64,000 nucleotides of DNA, taken from IMG/VR virus record IMGVR_UViG_3300001450_010303, positions 32,001-96,000 of that record. One strand, written 5' to 3'. The stretch's first letter is position 1, and every line of letters starts with the position of its first letter. Positions 18,485 through 26,748 of this stretch are shown piece after piece. Source of the stretch: a virus. The notes below the pieces were generated by a model that saw only the letters and a program-made list of their open reading frames with translations, did not search any database and was not told where the DNA came from. The position numbers and the translations under genes were made by a program.

Positions 18485-19410
18485 AAACCATCTTAGTAAC
18501 AGGTGGCCGCGGCCTAGTAGGATCTGCTATCCGCAGCATCAGCACCTTATATCCACAATATAACTTTGTCTTTTCAGGACACAAAGAACACGATCTGACT
18601 GTTGAAGAAGACGTAAAGAGATTATTTGAAGAGGTTAAACCAGCTTTCGTAATCCATGCGGCGGCGCGCGTTGGAGGAATAGGGAGAAACTTAAACTCCC
18701 CAGCGCAACAATATTACAGCAACATTTTAATGAATGCGTTTGTAATACACCACGCTCAGTTAAATGGAGTAGAGAAATTATTAGCATTCTCATCAGTGTG
18801 TGCTTTCCCAGCCGGCTCCAAAAACATTCACGAAGACATCCTACACGATGGAGAGCCATATCCTGCTCATTACTCTTACGCGTATTCCAAGAGAATGGTA
18901 GATGTCCAGATCCAGGCATATAAACAACAACACAAAGTTAATTATTGTTCTGTGATCCCGGGAAACATCTTTGGTGAGAATGATAACTTTAATTTAGAAG
19001 ATGGCCACGTAGTTCCATCATTGGTGCGAAAGTGTTTTCACGCAAAACAGACAAATACTCCACTGCAAGTATGGGGTGATGGAACACCATATCGCGAGTT
19101 CTTATATGCTAAAGATGTTGCAAAAGCTTGTATAGAATTAATAGAAAAACCAGGCGAACTTCCGCTGAGAGTCATTGTCTCCGGACAAGAAGAAACACAG
19201 ATTAAAGACCTAGTGAAATTAGTTTGCGATGCCACAGGTTATCATGATGTTGAGTGGCTAACAGATAAGCCTAACGGACAGATGCGCCGACCAACAAACA
19301 AAGATGTTTTTAATAAAGCACTTCCAGATTTCGAATATACAGATTTAGAGACCGCTATGAAAAACACCGTAAATTGGTTCGAGGAGAACTACCCAAACGT
19401 GAGACTATGA
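18481..19410 (+). CDS. fcl: GDP-L-fucose synthase family reductase (Fcl/ColC-like)
   Basis: TGGRGLVGSA, HAAARVGGI, SSVCAFP, YAYSK, NIFGENDNF...HVVPSL, VWGDGTPYREFLY, DKPNGQ. Confidence 0.88.
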   Translation: MKTILVTGGRGLVGSAIRSISTLYPQYNFVFSGHKEHDLTVEEDVKRLFEEVKPAFVIHAAARVGGIGRNLNSPAQQYYSNILMNAFVIHHAQLNGVEKLLAFSSVCAFPAGSKNIHEDILHDGEPYPAHYSYAYSKRMVDVQIQAYKQQHKVNYCSVIPGNIFGENDNFNLEDGHVVPSLVRKCFHAKQTNTPLQVWGDGTPYREFLYAKDVAKACIELIEKPGELPLRVIVSGQEETQIKDLVKLVCDATGYHDVEWLTDKPNGQMRRPTNKDVFNKALPDFEYTDLETAMKNTVNWFEENYPNVRL

Positions 19411-20378
19411 AAAAAGCTTTAATTACAGGAATAAATGGCCAAGATGGCTCATACCTAGCAGAGCTTCTTTTAGAGAAGGGATATGATGTGCATGGGATCG
19501 TTAGAAGGAACTCAATACCAGAGAATCAAACAGCCAGGATCCAACACATATATGAAGATATCAAAAATAATTTATATCATGCTGATGTGTGCGATATGTC
19601 TTCATTATTATCTATAATTAATAAAACAAAGCCTGATGAAATTTATAACTTAGCAGCCCAAAGCCATGTTAGAATTAGTTTTGATCAGCCAAGCTATACC
19701 CTCGATACAATTGGTACCGGAACACTTAATTTATTAGAGGTTATACGCTTGGTCAGTCCGGATACTAAACTATATCAGGCCTCAAGCTCAGAGATGTTCG
19801 GAAATTCCATAGATCCGGACGGATTTCAACGTGAATCAACACCAATGAATCCGGTAAGTCCATATGCTTGCGCCAAACAGTTAGCCTATAACCTCGTAAG
19901 GTGTTATAGAGATTCATATAATTTATATGCATCAAACGGCATTTTATTTAATCATGAATCACCCCGCCGCGGCGGCAACTTTGTAACCAACAAAATAGTG
20001 ATTGGGGCTGTAAAGATAAAAAAGGGATTGCAAGATAAATTGGCGTTAGGAAATTTAGACTCCACAAGAGATTGGGGACATGCGAAAGATTACGTTAAAA
20101 TAATGTGGCAGATTATGCAGCTGGAGCATCCCAGTGATTATGTGTGTGCAACAGGAAAATCTCATTCAGTCAGAGAATTTGTAGATCTTACTTTTAGTAA
20201 GTTAGATCTGGATTATAAGGACTATGTTATCCAAGATCCTCGATTTTTCCGCCCTAACGAATTGCATGACCTGAAAGGAGACACCGCTAAACTAAAAGAA
20301 GCAATAGACTTAAAATTTACATATACATTTGATATAATGATAGATGAGATGATTGATTATTGGATGGAGAAACTATAA
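19407..20378 (+). CDS. gmd: GDP-mannose 4,6-dehydratase
   Basis: ALITGINGQDGSYLAELLL, YNLAAQSHV, QASSSEMFG, SPYACAK, GILFNHESPRRG, RDWGHAKDYV. Confidence 0.95.
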   Translation: MKKALITGINGQDGSYLAELLLEKGYDVHGIVRRNSIPENQTARIQHIYEDIKNNLYHADVCDMSSLLSIINKTKPDEIYNLAAQSHVRISFDQPSYTLDTIGTGTLNLLEVIRLVSPDTKLYQASSSEMFGNSIDPDGFQRESTPMNPVSPYACAKQLAYNLVRCYRDSYNLYASNGILFNHESPRRGGNFVTNKIVIGAVKIKKGLQDKLALGNLDSTRDWGHAKDYVKIMWQIMQLEHPSDYVCATGKSHSVREFVDLTFSKLDLDYKDYVIQDPRFFRPNELHDLKGDTAKLKEAIDLKFTYTFDIMIDEMIDYWMEKL

Positions 20379-20930
20379 ATGGTTAAATTAAACCTTGGTT
20401 GTGGAGATAGAAAAATCCATGGGTTTATAAATGTTGATGCACGCGAAGATGTTTCACCTGATGTAATATGCGATGTGACTAAAATACATGAAAAATTCAG
20501 AGATGCAGACATTATATATGCATGCCACGTATTAGAACACTTCCCAACAAAACCATTTACATTCCAAAAAATCACATGGGAAGAAGTGCTGCTTAGTTGG
20601 TTTCTGGCTTTGAAGCCTGGTGGAAAACTCAGGGTTTCAGTCCCTGATATTCGGGCTGCTTGTGAATATTATTTACGAACTAATGATTTTGAGAGCGTAA
20701 GAGCGTTTTTTTATGGAGGACAAAAATATGATTTTGATTTTCATTATCATGGGTGGTCTGAAGAAACACTTACAAAGGCACTCAAGAAAATTGGTTTTAC
20801 GAAAGTAGAAATATATGATTGGAAGACAACTGAGCACTTTTATATTGATGATTATAGCCAAGCATATTTGCCACATATGGATAAAACAAATGGCAAGCTG
20901 ATGAGCTTAAACATAGAAGCAACAAAATAA
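20379..20930 (+). CDS. class I SAM-dependent methyltransferase
   Basis: KLNLGCG, HVLEHF, LKPGGKLRVSVPD. Confidence 0.85.
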   Translation: MVKLNLGCGDRKIHGFINVDAREDVSPDVICDVTKIHEKFRDADIIYACHVLEHFPTKPFTFQKITWEEVLLSWFLALKPGGKLRVSVPDIRAACEYYLRTNDFESVRAFFYGGQKYDFDFHYHGWSEETLTKALKKIGFTKVEIYDWKTTEHFYIDDYSQAYLPHMDKTNGKLMSLNIEATK

Positions 20931-20940
20931 GGAAATTAAA

Positions 20941-22104
20941 ATGGACATTACTTACCCGCTAGCAAAAGAGACTATCAATGATGAAGATATCAATGCACTT
21001 TGTGATTGGTTGAAGGGTTACCCTCGCCTGACCAAAGGTGATCTTACATGGAAAGTAGAAGAGGACTGGGCGAAATACATAGGAACCTCCTATTCTGTTT
21101 TTAATAATTCAGGATCGTCCGCCAATCTACTCATGGTCGCCGCGGCAATACAGTGCGGCCGTATCGCGAACAAAAAGATTGTAATTCCCTCAGTCGGCTG
21201 GGTTACTACGGTCGCACCAGCAATGCAACTTGGTTTAGAACCAATAATGTGTGGTGCCGATCCAGAGACATATGGTATGGATTTAGACCAACTTGAGACA
21301 ATATGCGAAGAGCATAACCCTGACGCCGTGATGTTCGTCCAAGTATTGGGAATACCACACCATAAAGAGCGCCTGCTGGCTCTCAAAGAAAGATATGGAT
21401 TCACCCTCTTAGAAGACGCATGCGCCGCTCTGGGAGCATCCTACAACGATGGAGCGATGGTAGGAACTATAGGAGACATGTCGACATTCTCATTCTATTT
21501 TGGCCACCAGTTATCAACCATCGAAGGTGGAATGGTTAATACTAATGACAAAGAACTATATGATATGTTATTGATGCTCCGGAGCCATGGCTGGGCAAAA
21601 GATTTAGACGAAGAAACGCGCAATAAAATGATGACTGACCATGGTGTTGATGACTTCCACTCCCCATTTACCTTTTTTATCCCAGGATATAATCTGAGAT
21701 CCACCGATCTTCAAGCATTTTTAGGAATAAGACAAATTGAAAAGGCTGAATGGGCGGCAACAAACCGAAATACGAACCATAAACTATATGCAGAAAAACT
21801 AGAAGGGGTGGTAGAATTTCAAAGATGGGGTGAAAATAATCCTGTTTCTATCTCTTTCGGAGCCCTCGCAAGAAGCACGGTACAAAGGAAAGAAATAGTA
21901 GATAGATTGGTAGAGAATGGTATAGAAACAAGGATCTTCAGCGCTGGAAACCTTGGCCGCCACCCATTTTGGACTGATAAATACCCAGTTTTTAAAGATA
22001 GGGTGAGTGATAAAATACACGCGTGTGGATTCTTTTTGCCTAACTATCCTGAACTAACTGAAAAAGAAATTGACTTTATTTGTAATGTTGTTAAAGGAGT
22101 TTAG
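20941..22104 (+). CDS. colD: PLP-dependent DegT-fold enzyme, ColD-like GDP-4-keto-6-deoxymannose 3-dehydratase
   Basis: NSGSSANLL, EDAC..LGA, TFSFYFGHQLSTIEGG (His at the usual Lys position), LRSHGW, PGYNLRSTDLQA; 387 aa. Confidence 0.75.
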   Translation: MDITYPLAKETINDEDINALCDWLKGYPRLTKGDLTWKVEEDWAKYIGTSYSVFNNSGSSANLLMVAAAIQCGRIANKKIVIPSVGWVTTVAPAMQLGLEPIMCGADPETYGMDLDQLETICEEHNPDAVMFVQVLGIPHHKERLLALKERYGFTLLEDACAALGASYNDGAMVGTIGDMSTFSFYFGHQLSTIEGGMVNTNDKELYDMLLMLRSHGWAKDLDEETRNKMMTDHGVDDFHSPFTFFIPGYNLRSTDLQAFLGIRQIEKAEWAATNRNTNHKLYAEKLEGVVEFQRWGENNPVSISFGALARSTVQRKEIVDRLVENGIETRIFSAGNLGRHPFWTDKYPVFKDRVSDKIHACGFFLPNYPELTEKEIDFICNVVKGV

Positions 22105-22841
22105 TGCGTATCTTGGTCATAGGAGAGAGTTGTAAAGACATTTACCAATATGGTGATTGTGTAAGACTGTGCCCCGAGGCGCCAGTCCCTGTTTTTAGAA
22201 GCGGAAATCTAAAGACTGAGAACCCAGGAATGGCGAAAAATGTTTGGCGGAACATAAAATCTTTAGTAGATTTTGATGTCGATATAGAGACTAATAAAAA
22301 CTGGCTTAGTATCACTAAGACTAGATGCGTCGATAATAGAACAAATTATATCATAGTCCGCATCGATGAAGGAGATGATGGTTACTCTCGGTGTGATGTA
22401 AAAAGTATCGAGTACCATAAATACGATGTCATAGTTATATCGGATTACAATAAAGGATTTTTAACAGAGTCAGATATCGAATATGTTTCCAATCAACACT
22501 CGACTACTTTTTTAGATACGAAAAAGATACTCGGAGAATGGTGTAAAAAAATCAAGTTTATTAAAATAAATGAATTTGAATACGAGAGAACAAAGCACAA
22601 ATTGACACCAGAACTAATCGAAAAGATGATAATAACTCTCGGACCCAATGGAGCAAGACACAAAGGTATTGGATTTCCAGTACCAAAGGTAGAAATAAAA
22701 GACACTTCAGGCGCCGGCGATACGTTTGTTGCAGCATTAGCCTCGTCTTATGCGACAACAAAAGACATTTTTAAAGCAATTGAATTTGCAAATGAAAATG
22801 CTACTAAAGTTGTCCAGCGAAAGGGCGTAAGTACTATATGA
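22104..22841 (+). CDS. PfkB-family heptose-7-phosphate kinase (HldE/RfaE domain I-like)
   Basis: RLCPEAPVPV, VISDYNKGFL, KINEFE, DTSGAGDTF; GTG start. Confidence 0.85.
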   Translation: MRILVIGESCKDIYQYGDCVRLCPEAPVPVFRSGNLKTENPGMAKNVWRNIKSLVDFDVDIETNKNWLSITKTRCVDNRTNYIIVRIDEGDDGYSRCDVKSIEYHKYDVIVISDYNKGFLTESDIEYVSNQHSTTFLDTKKILGEWCKKIKFIKINEFEYERTKHKLTPELIEKMIITLGPNGARHKGIGFPVPKVEIKDTSGAGDTFVAALASSYATTKDIFKAIEFANENATKVVQRKGVSTI

Positions 22842-23233
22842 CTAAAGCTGTCTGGACCAATGGATGTTTTGACATATTACACCGCGGCCACATTGAAATG
22901 CTTCAATATGCTAAATCTTTGGGCGACTGTTTAATAGTTGGAATTGATTCAGATGCAAAAGTAAAGTCAGACAAGGGCGTAGAAAGGCCATATAACAATG
23001 AAATAGATAGAAAATTTATGTTGAAAGCAATAAAATTCGTTGATGAGGTGGTTATATTTGATTCGGCTATTAAGTTAGAAAACTTGATAGAAAACATAGC
23101 ACCATATTACATGGTTATAGGATCTGATTGGAAAGGAAAAAAAGTTGTAGGACAACAACATTGCAAAGAGCTTAAATTTTTTGATAGAATCAGTAGCTAT
23201 TCAACAACAAATATACTGGAGAATAATAGATGA
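22838..23233 (+). CDS. heptose-1-phosphate nucleotidyltransferase (HldE/RfaE domain II-like)
   Basis: TNGCFDILHRGH, GIDSD..V...KG..RP, VDEVVIF, GSDW, RISSYSTT. Confidence 0.88.
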   Translation: MTKAVWTNGCFDILHRGHIEMLQYAKSLGDCLIVGIDSDAKVKSDKGVERPYNNEIDRKFMLKAIKFVDEVVIFDSAIKLENLIENIAPYYMVIGSDWKGKKVVGQQHCKELKFFDRISSYSTTNILENNR

Positions 23234-23565
23234 CATATGTATTTGATATTGATGGCACCTTATGTATAAAAGATGCGTCAGCGCCTTATAACGACGCTTC
23301 GCCCCTACCTCAGAGAATTAACATGGTGAATAATTTATATGATGCCGGCCATACTATAATAATGCAAACCGCCCGCGGAATGGGAAGACATAATAATAAC
23401 CAACAACTTGCAGTACAACAATTTTACGCGCTAACGGCGGAACAACTTAAGGATTGGGGAGTTAAATATCACCTTTTATTTTTAGGAAAGCCGGCAGGAG
23501 ATATTTATATAGATGATAAGGGGATTAAAGATGAAGACTTCTTTACCGATGATACACGTCAATAA
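23230..23565 (+). CDS. small HAD phosphatase (capsule-biosynthesis phosphatase type)
   Basis: FDIDGTL, TARG, GKP..DIYIDDK. Confidence 0.85.
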   Translation: MTYVFDIDGTLCIKDASAPYNDASPLPQRINMVNNLYDAGHTIIMQTARGMGRHNNNQQLAVQQFYALTAEQLKDWGVKYHLLFLGKPAGDIYIDDKGIKDEDFFTDDTRQ

Positions 23566-23890
23566 AGGCTGGGGCTGGGAACGATGGATTGTTAACAATG
23601 AGGAATATTGCGGAAAATTGTTATTCTTTAATAGTGGGAAAAAATGCTCATGGCATTACCACAAATTAAAAGACGAAGTATTCTATCTACAATCTGGGAA
23701 AATGATGATATACTATTCAGATGAAGATGATTTATCTGAAGCGATACAACTGGAATTAAACCCAGGAGATAACTTTCATGTATATCGAGGGCTTAGGCAT
23801 CAAATGCTAGCCATAGAAGATTCAGAATTATTTGAATTTTCAACACAACACTTTGATTCAGACAGCTATAGAATTTTAAAAGGAGATTAA
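23531..23890 (+). CDS. cupin-fold protein (sugar isomerase-like)
   Basis: KGWG.E, YCGKLL, SWHYHKLKDE, HQM, EFST.H; start uncertain (23531 or 23549). Confidence 0.8.
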   Translation: MKTSLPMIHVNKGWGWERWIVNNEEYCGKLLFFNSGKKCSWHYHKLKDEVFYLQSGKMMIYYSDEDDLSEAIQLELNPGDNFHVYRGLRHQMLAIEDSELFEFSTQHFDSDSYRILKGD

Positions 23891-23891
23891 A

Positions 23892-24095
23892 ATGCAATTA
23901 TCAAATCAAGCACTGGGAGCAGTAATGATGGCCTTACAGGAGTCATTATTAAACCAATTAGACATAGTACCAATTCTTAGAGGATTCGAACTTGAAGAAA
24001 CAACGGAAGGCCTAATTGTTAAAAATCCACCAACCGTCAGAGTTACAGATCAGAGCGAGATCACAAAAGAAGACTTATTGAATAGAGTAAAGTAA
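23892..24095 (+). CDS. hypothetical protein
   Basis: 67-aa ORF with AGGAG RBS. Confidence 0.7.
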   Translation: MQLSNQALGAVMMALQESLLNQLDIVPILRGFELEETTEGLIVKNPPTVRVTDQSEITKEDLLNRVK

Positions 24096-24097
24096 GC

Positions 24098-24352
24098 ATG
24101 CCTAGATATCACTATAAGTGTAATCTGTGTGAAAGTGAAGTAAGTGTGATCCATTGTTTTGATGATGTATATACTGAATGTGAAAAATGTGAAAGTACAG
24201 GTTCAATGCACAAGATGATAACTCGTCCTAATATAAAAGTTAATAATAATGATTATTATTCTAACAAGGTTGGCAATTTAACAAAAGAATATATTGAAAT
24301 TAATAGAGAAATATTAAAGCAACAAAAGAGCGAGACAAATGAGTCGACTTGA
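24098..24352 (+). CDS. FmdB-like zinc-ribbon protein
   Basis: MPRYHYKCNLC...CEKC. Confidence 0.75.
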   Translation: MPRYHYKCNLCESEVSVIHCFDDVYTECEKCESTGSMHKMITRPNIKVNNNDYYSNKVGNLTKEYIEINREILKQQKSETNEST

Positions 24353-24680
24353 AATAATAACATCTATACTTTTAGTTATATCAACAATATTTAGTGTCGG
24401 TATGCTTGTTTATACAAGGACAGTAATAGTAAAACTGTTGTCTGTATCAGAAGAATTAGGAGACTTGCAGGAGATGATTAATATTTTCACCAACCACACT
24501 AGAGATGTTTATGAAATGGATATGTTTTACGGTGACGAAACACTTAAAGGGTTGCTTGAACATGCAATATCCCTGAACGAACATATGGCTACATTTGAAT
24601 ATATCTATAATTTAACAGAAGAAGCAGAAGAAAAGGAGACAGATGAAGCAGACAACAGAGCCGCTCAAGAAGAAGCGTAA
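24339..24680 (+). CDS. hypothetical membrane-anchored protein
   Basis: N-terminal hydrophobic helix followed by an acidic region. Confidence 0.65.
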   Translation: MSRLEIITSILLVISTIFSVGMLVYTRTVIVKLLSVSEELGDLQEMINIFTNHTRDVYEMDMFYGDETLKGLLEHAISLNEHMATFEYIYNLTEEAEEKETDEADNRAAQEEA

Positions 24681-25347
24681 GAAAAATTATTATTTCACCA
24701 AAGATCATGAAGACGCAATAGTACGATACTCAATTACTAATTGCAAAAAAGAAAGGACAGATTTATATGTAAATTGGATCCAGCCGGCATTCAACGAAAT
24801 GGTTGATAAAATTGTTTTTACGTATAAATTTACTAATTTGCCAAATATAGATTATCTTAGAGATGAATGCAAAATTTGGTTAATGACAATTCTTGATAAA
24901 TATGACCAATCAAAAGGCTCCAAGGCCTTTTCATATTTTAGTGTTATCACGAAGAATTGGTTTATTCATAAGGTTAAAAAACAACAAAAGCGCAACAGAA
25001 GAGAAATTGATTTTGGAACAATATCAAAGTCATATGAAGAACAATACTTATCTACCAACGAATCATATGTAACCGAGAGAGAAGAACAAGAATTTTGGGA
25101 TCTCTTCTATAATGAGTTAAAATCATGGGACGCAGCCCAGATGAAAGATAATGATTTGAGGGTGTATAAAGCTATAACCATACTTTTTGAGTCAAAAGAA
25201 GATATTGAAATTTTTAATAAGAAAGCTATTTATCTGTACCTGCGAGAAATTACTGGATTAAACACCAAGCAAGTGGTAAATTCACTAAAGAAATTTAGAA
25301 AGAAGTACTCTAATTTCAAGCAAGACTGGGAGAGCGGCGACTTATGA
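24643..25347 (+). CDS. phage RNA polymerase sigma factor (probable late sigma, gp55-like role)
   Basis: Region 2-like LDKYDQSKGSKAFSYFSVITKNWFI; YFT N-terminus; C-terminal HTH-like YLREITGLNTKQV; directly upstream of the structural module. Confidence 0.75.
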   Translation: MKQTTEPLKKKRKKNYYFTKDHEDAIVRYSITNCKKERTDLYVNWIQPAFNEMVDKIVFTYKFTNLPNIDYLRDECKIWLMTILDKYDQSKGSKAFSYFSVITKNWFIHKVKKQQKRNRREIDFGTISKSYEEQYLSTNESYVTEREEQEFWDLFYNELKSWDAAQMKDNDLRVYKAITILFESKEDIEIFNKKAIYLYLREITGLNTKQVVNSLKKFRKKYSNFKQDWESGDL

Positions 25348-25652
25348 AAAATAAAAGTATTGAGGACTTAGTGGATGAAGCACTTACAAACATCCGTAGT
25401 GATAGAAAAATTACTAGGGAATTCCTTAATGATATTGCAAACACTTTGGCTAATGACACGGAACAATTAAAATACCTAAGTCCGGTAGCAGCTAAACATA
25501 TAGAAACGCTTCAAAGATCCAATGAGCAATTAGTTAAGATTATTAATATAAGACAGAAAAAGTCCGACGAAAGCATAAGGTTTTCAGACGAAGACACAGC
25601 TAACTTGTTCGATATAATACAGGGTGGAGTAGATGAGCGAAACCCAGAATGA
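25344..25652 (+). CDS. hypothetical helical protein
   Basis: 102-aa ORF, ATGA-coupled to the sigma gene. Confidence 0.7.
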   Translation: MKNKSIEDLVDEALTNIRSDRKITREFLNDIANTLANDTEQLKYLSPVAAKHIETLQRSNEQLVKIINIRQKKSDESIRFSDEDTANLFDIIQGGVDERNPE

Positions 25653-26731
25653 GTAAGACCTTTATTGATCCAGAGAGTGTATTAGCAGATCCTAAAGGTG
25701 CGTTCGATATGTTCTGTCAAGCAGCCAAATCGGTGGCCCCCTTTGATCTGCTAAAGAACCCCGGTTATCGCAGCGCCGTCGTGATTCGGGGCGCCCAAAC
25801 TCTCAATCATGCCGAGGCCTCTGGACTGGGGTTGGTTCCCGTGTCTGGTTCATCTAGAATCGCTGCTTTTTCATATATAGCAAGGTTAGAATCAGAGTGG
25901 TGCGAACATTGGCTCCTGCCAAACCCTTGCAGCCCGGGATCATCAAATTCGATTTTTACAGATCTCGAAGCCTCCCACATAGTGGTTGTAGGCCACACAG
26001 ATACACAATACGGAGCTTCAATTAACATAAACACCGGCGATTTTGTTGATATAAATTTAGAAAAGGGAGTTCATTTAAATAATCTTCAAAAAGCACGCCA
26101 CGCTGGCATGTCAAAACGAGGTAAAAATATATCAAGAAGTTATAGTTGCCCGGATGCATCAGGCGGAATCGCGGGGGCATTCAATGGCCTCCCCCCAGCA
26201 ACAGTCCCTCCCTCCCCATCTCAACTCGCCTTCCTAGCAAAATTGACTGCTATACTACTCGCGGATTATAACTGGCCTCCCGCAATAGTTACAGGATGGA
26301 CCAGATCAATAGAAAAACAAATATCTCTTATGGTGGGTAAACCCCAGTCGGAGGTTATAAGTACATATGGCCGGCTCACCGCTGGTCTAGTACAAAAAGC
26401 CCGTGATGGCGACTCGGGACCACTTGCGACATATATAAAAGACAACCCCAAGCGCTTTAACCACACTACCGGCCTCGCTTTAGATCTCCGGACTAACGAT
26501 CACATAACAGACGACGAGTTAAATAAGTTAATAGATGCGGTGATCAAAGCCGGCGGAAGACCGGTCTTAGAGCCCACGTCCACCGGATGTTTTAGCAAAT
26601 CCGGCCGCATGAGCAAGGGGAATACAACTCGACTTGGCATCCCCGGCAAAGGCAAATGCGGCAAAGCCGGCGGCGCGCCGGAGCACCTACATGTGACAGT
26701 ACCTGAAGTTCTCGCTCCACTAATTACGTAA
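25649..26731 (+). CDS. virion-associated protein with C-terminal M15/LAS-like peptidoglycan peptidase domain
   Basis: TGWTRS...Q, HTTGLALD (H-x6-D) and EHLHV (HxH); position at the head of the baseplate genes. Confidence 0.6.
   Translation: MSKTFIDPESVLADPKGAFDMFCQAAKSVAPFDLLKNPGYRSAVVIRGAQTLNHAEASGLGLVPVSGSSRIAAFSYIARLESEWCEHWLLPNPCSPGSSNSIFTDLEASHIVVVGHTDTQYGASININTGDFVDINLEKGVHLNNLQKARHAGMSKRGKNISRSYSCPDASGGIAGAFNGLPPATVPPSPSQLAFLAKLTAILLADYNWPPAIVTGWTRSIEKQISLMVGKPQSEVISTYGRLTAGLVQKARDGDSGPLATYIKDNPKRFNHTTGLALDLRTNDHITDDELNKLIDAVIKAGGRPVLEPTSTGCFSKSGRMSKGNTTRLGIPGKGKCGKAGGAPEHLHVTVPEVLAPLIT
26719..26726 (+). promoter_or_regulatory. candidate late promoter motif ACTAATTA
   Basis: Ends 23 nt before ATG 26749; same motif as at 777, 805, 35306, 54735 and 61968. 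Confidence 0.4.
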
Positions 26732-26748
26732 AACACCCTAAGTAAATT

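Noticed and set aside
3961-23890. Bacterial O-antigen or capsule locus
   Set aside because: No wzx/wzy/wzm/kps or priming transferase is visible, and the cluster is flanked by phage-type genes in one continuous strand.
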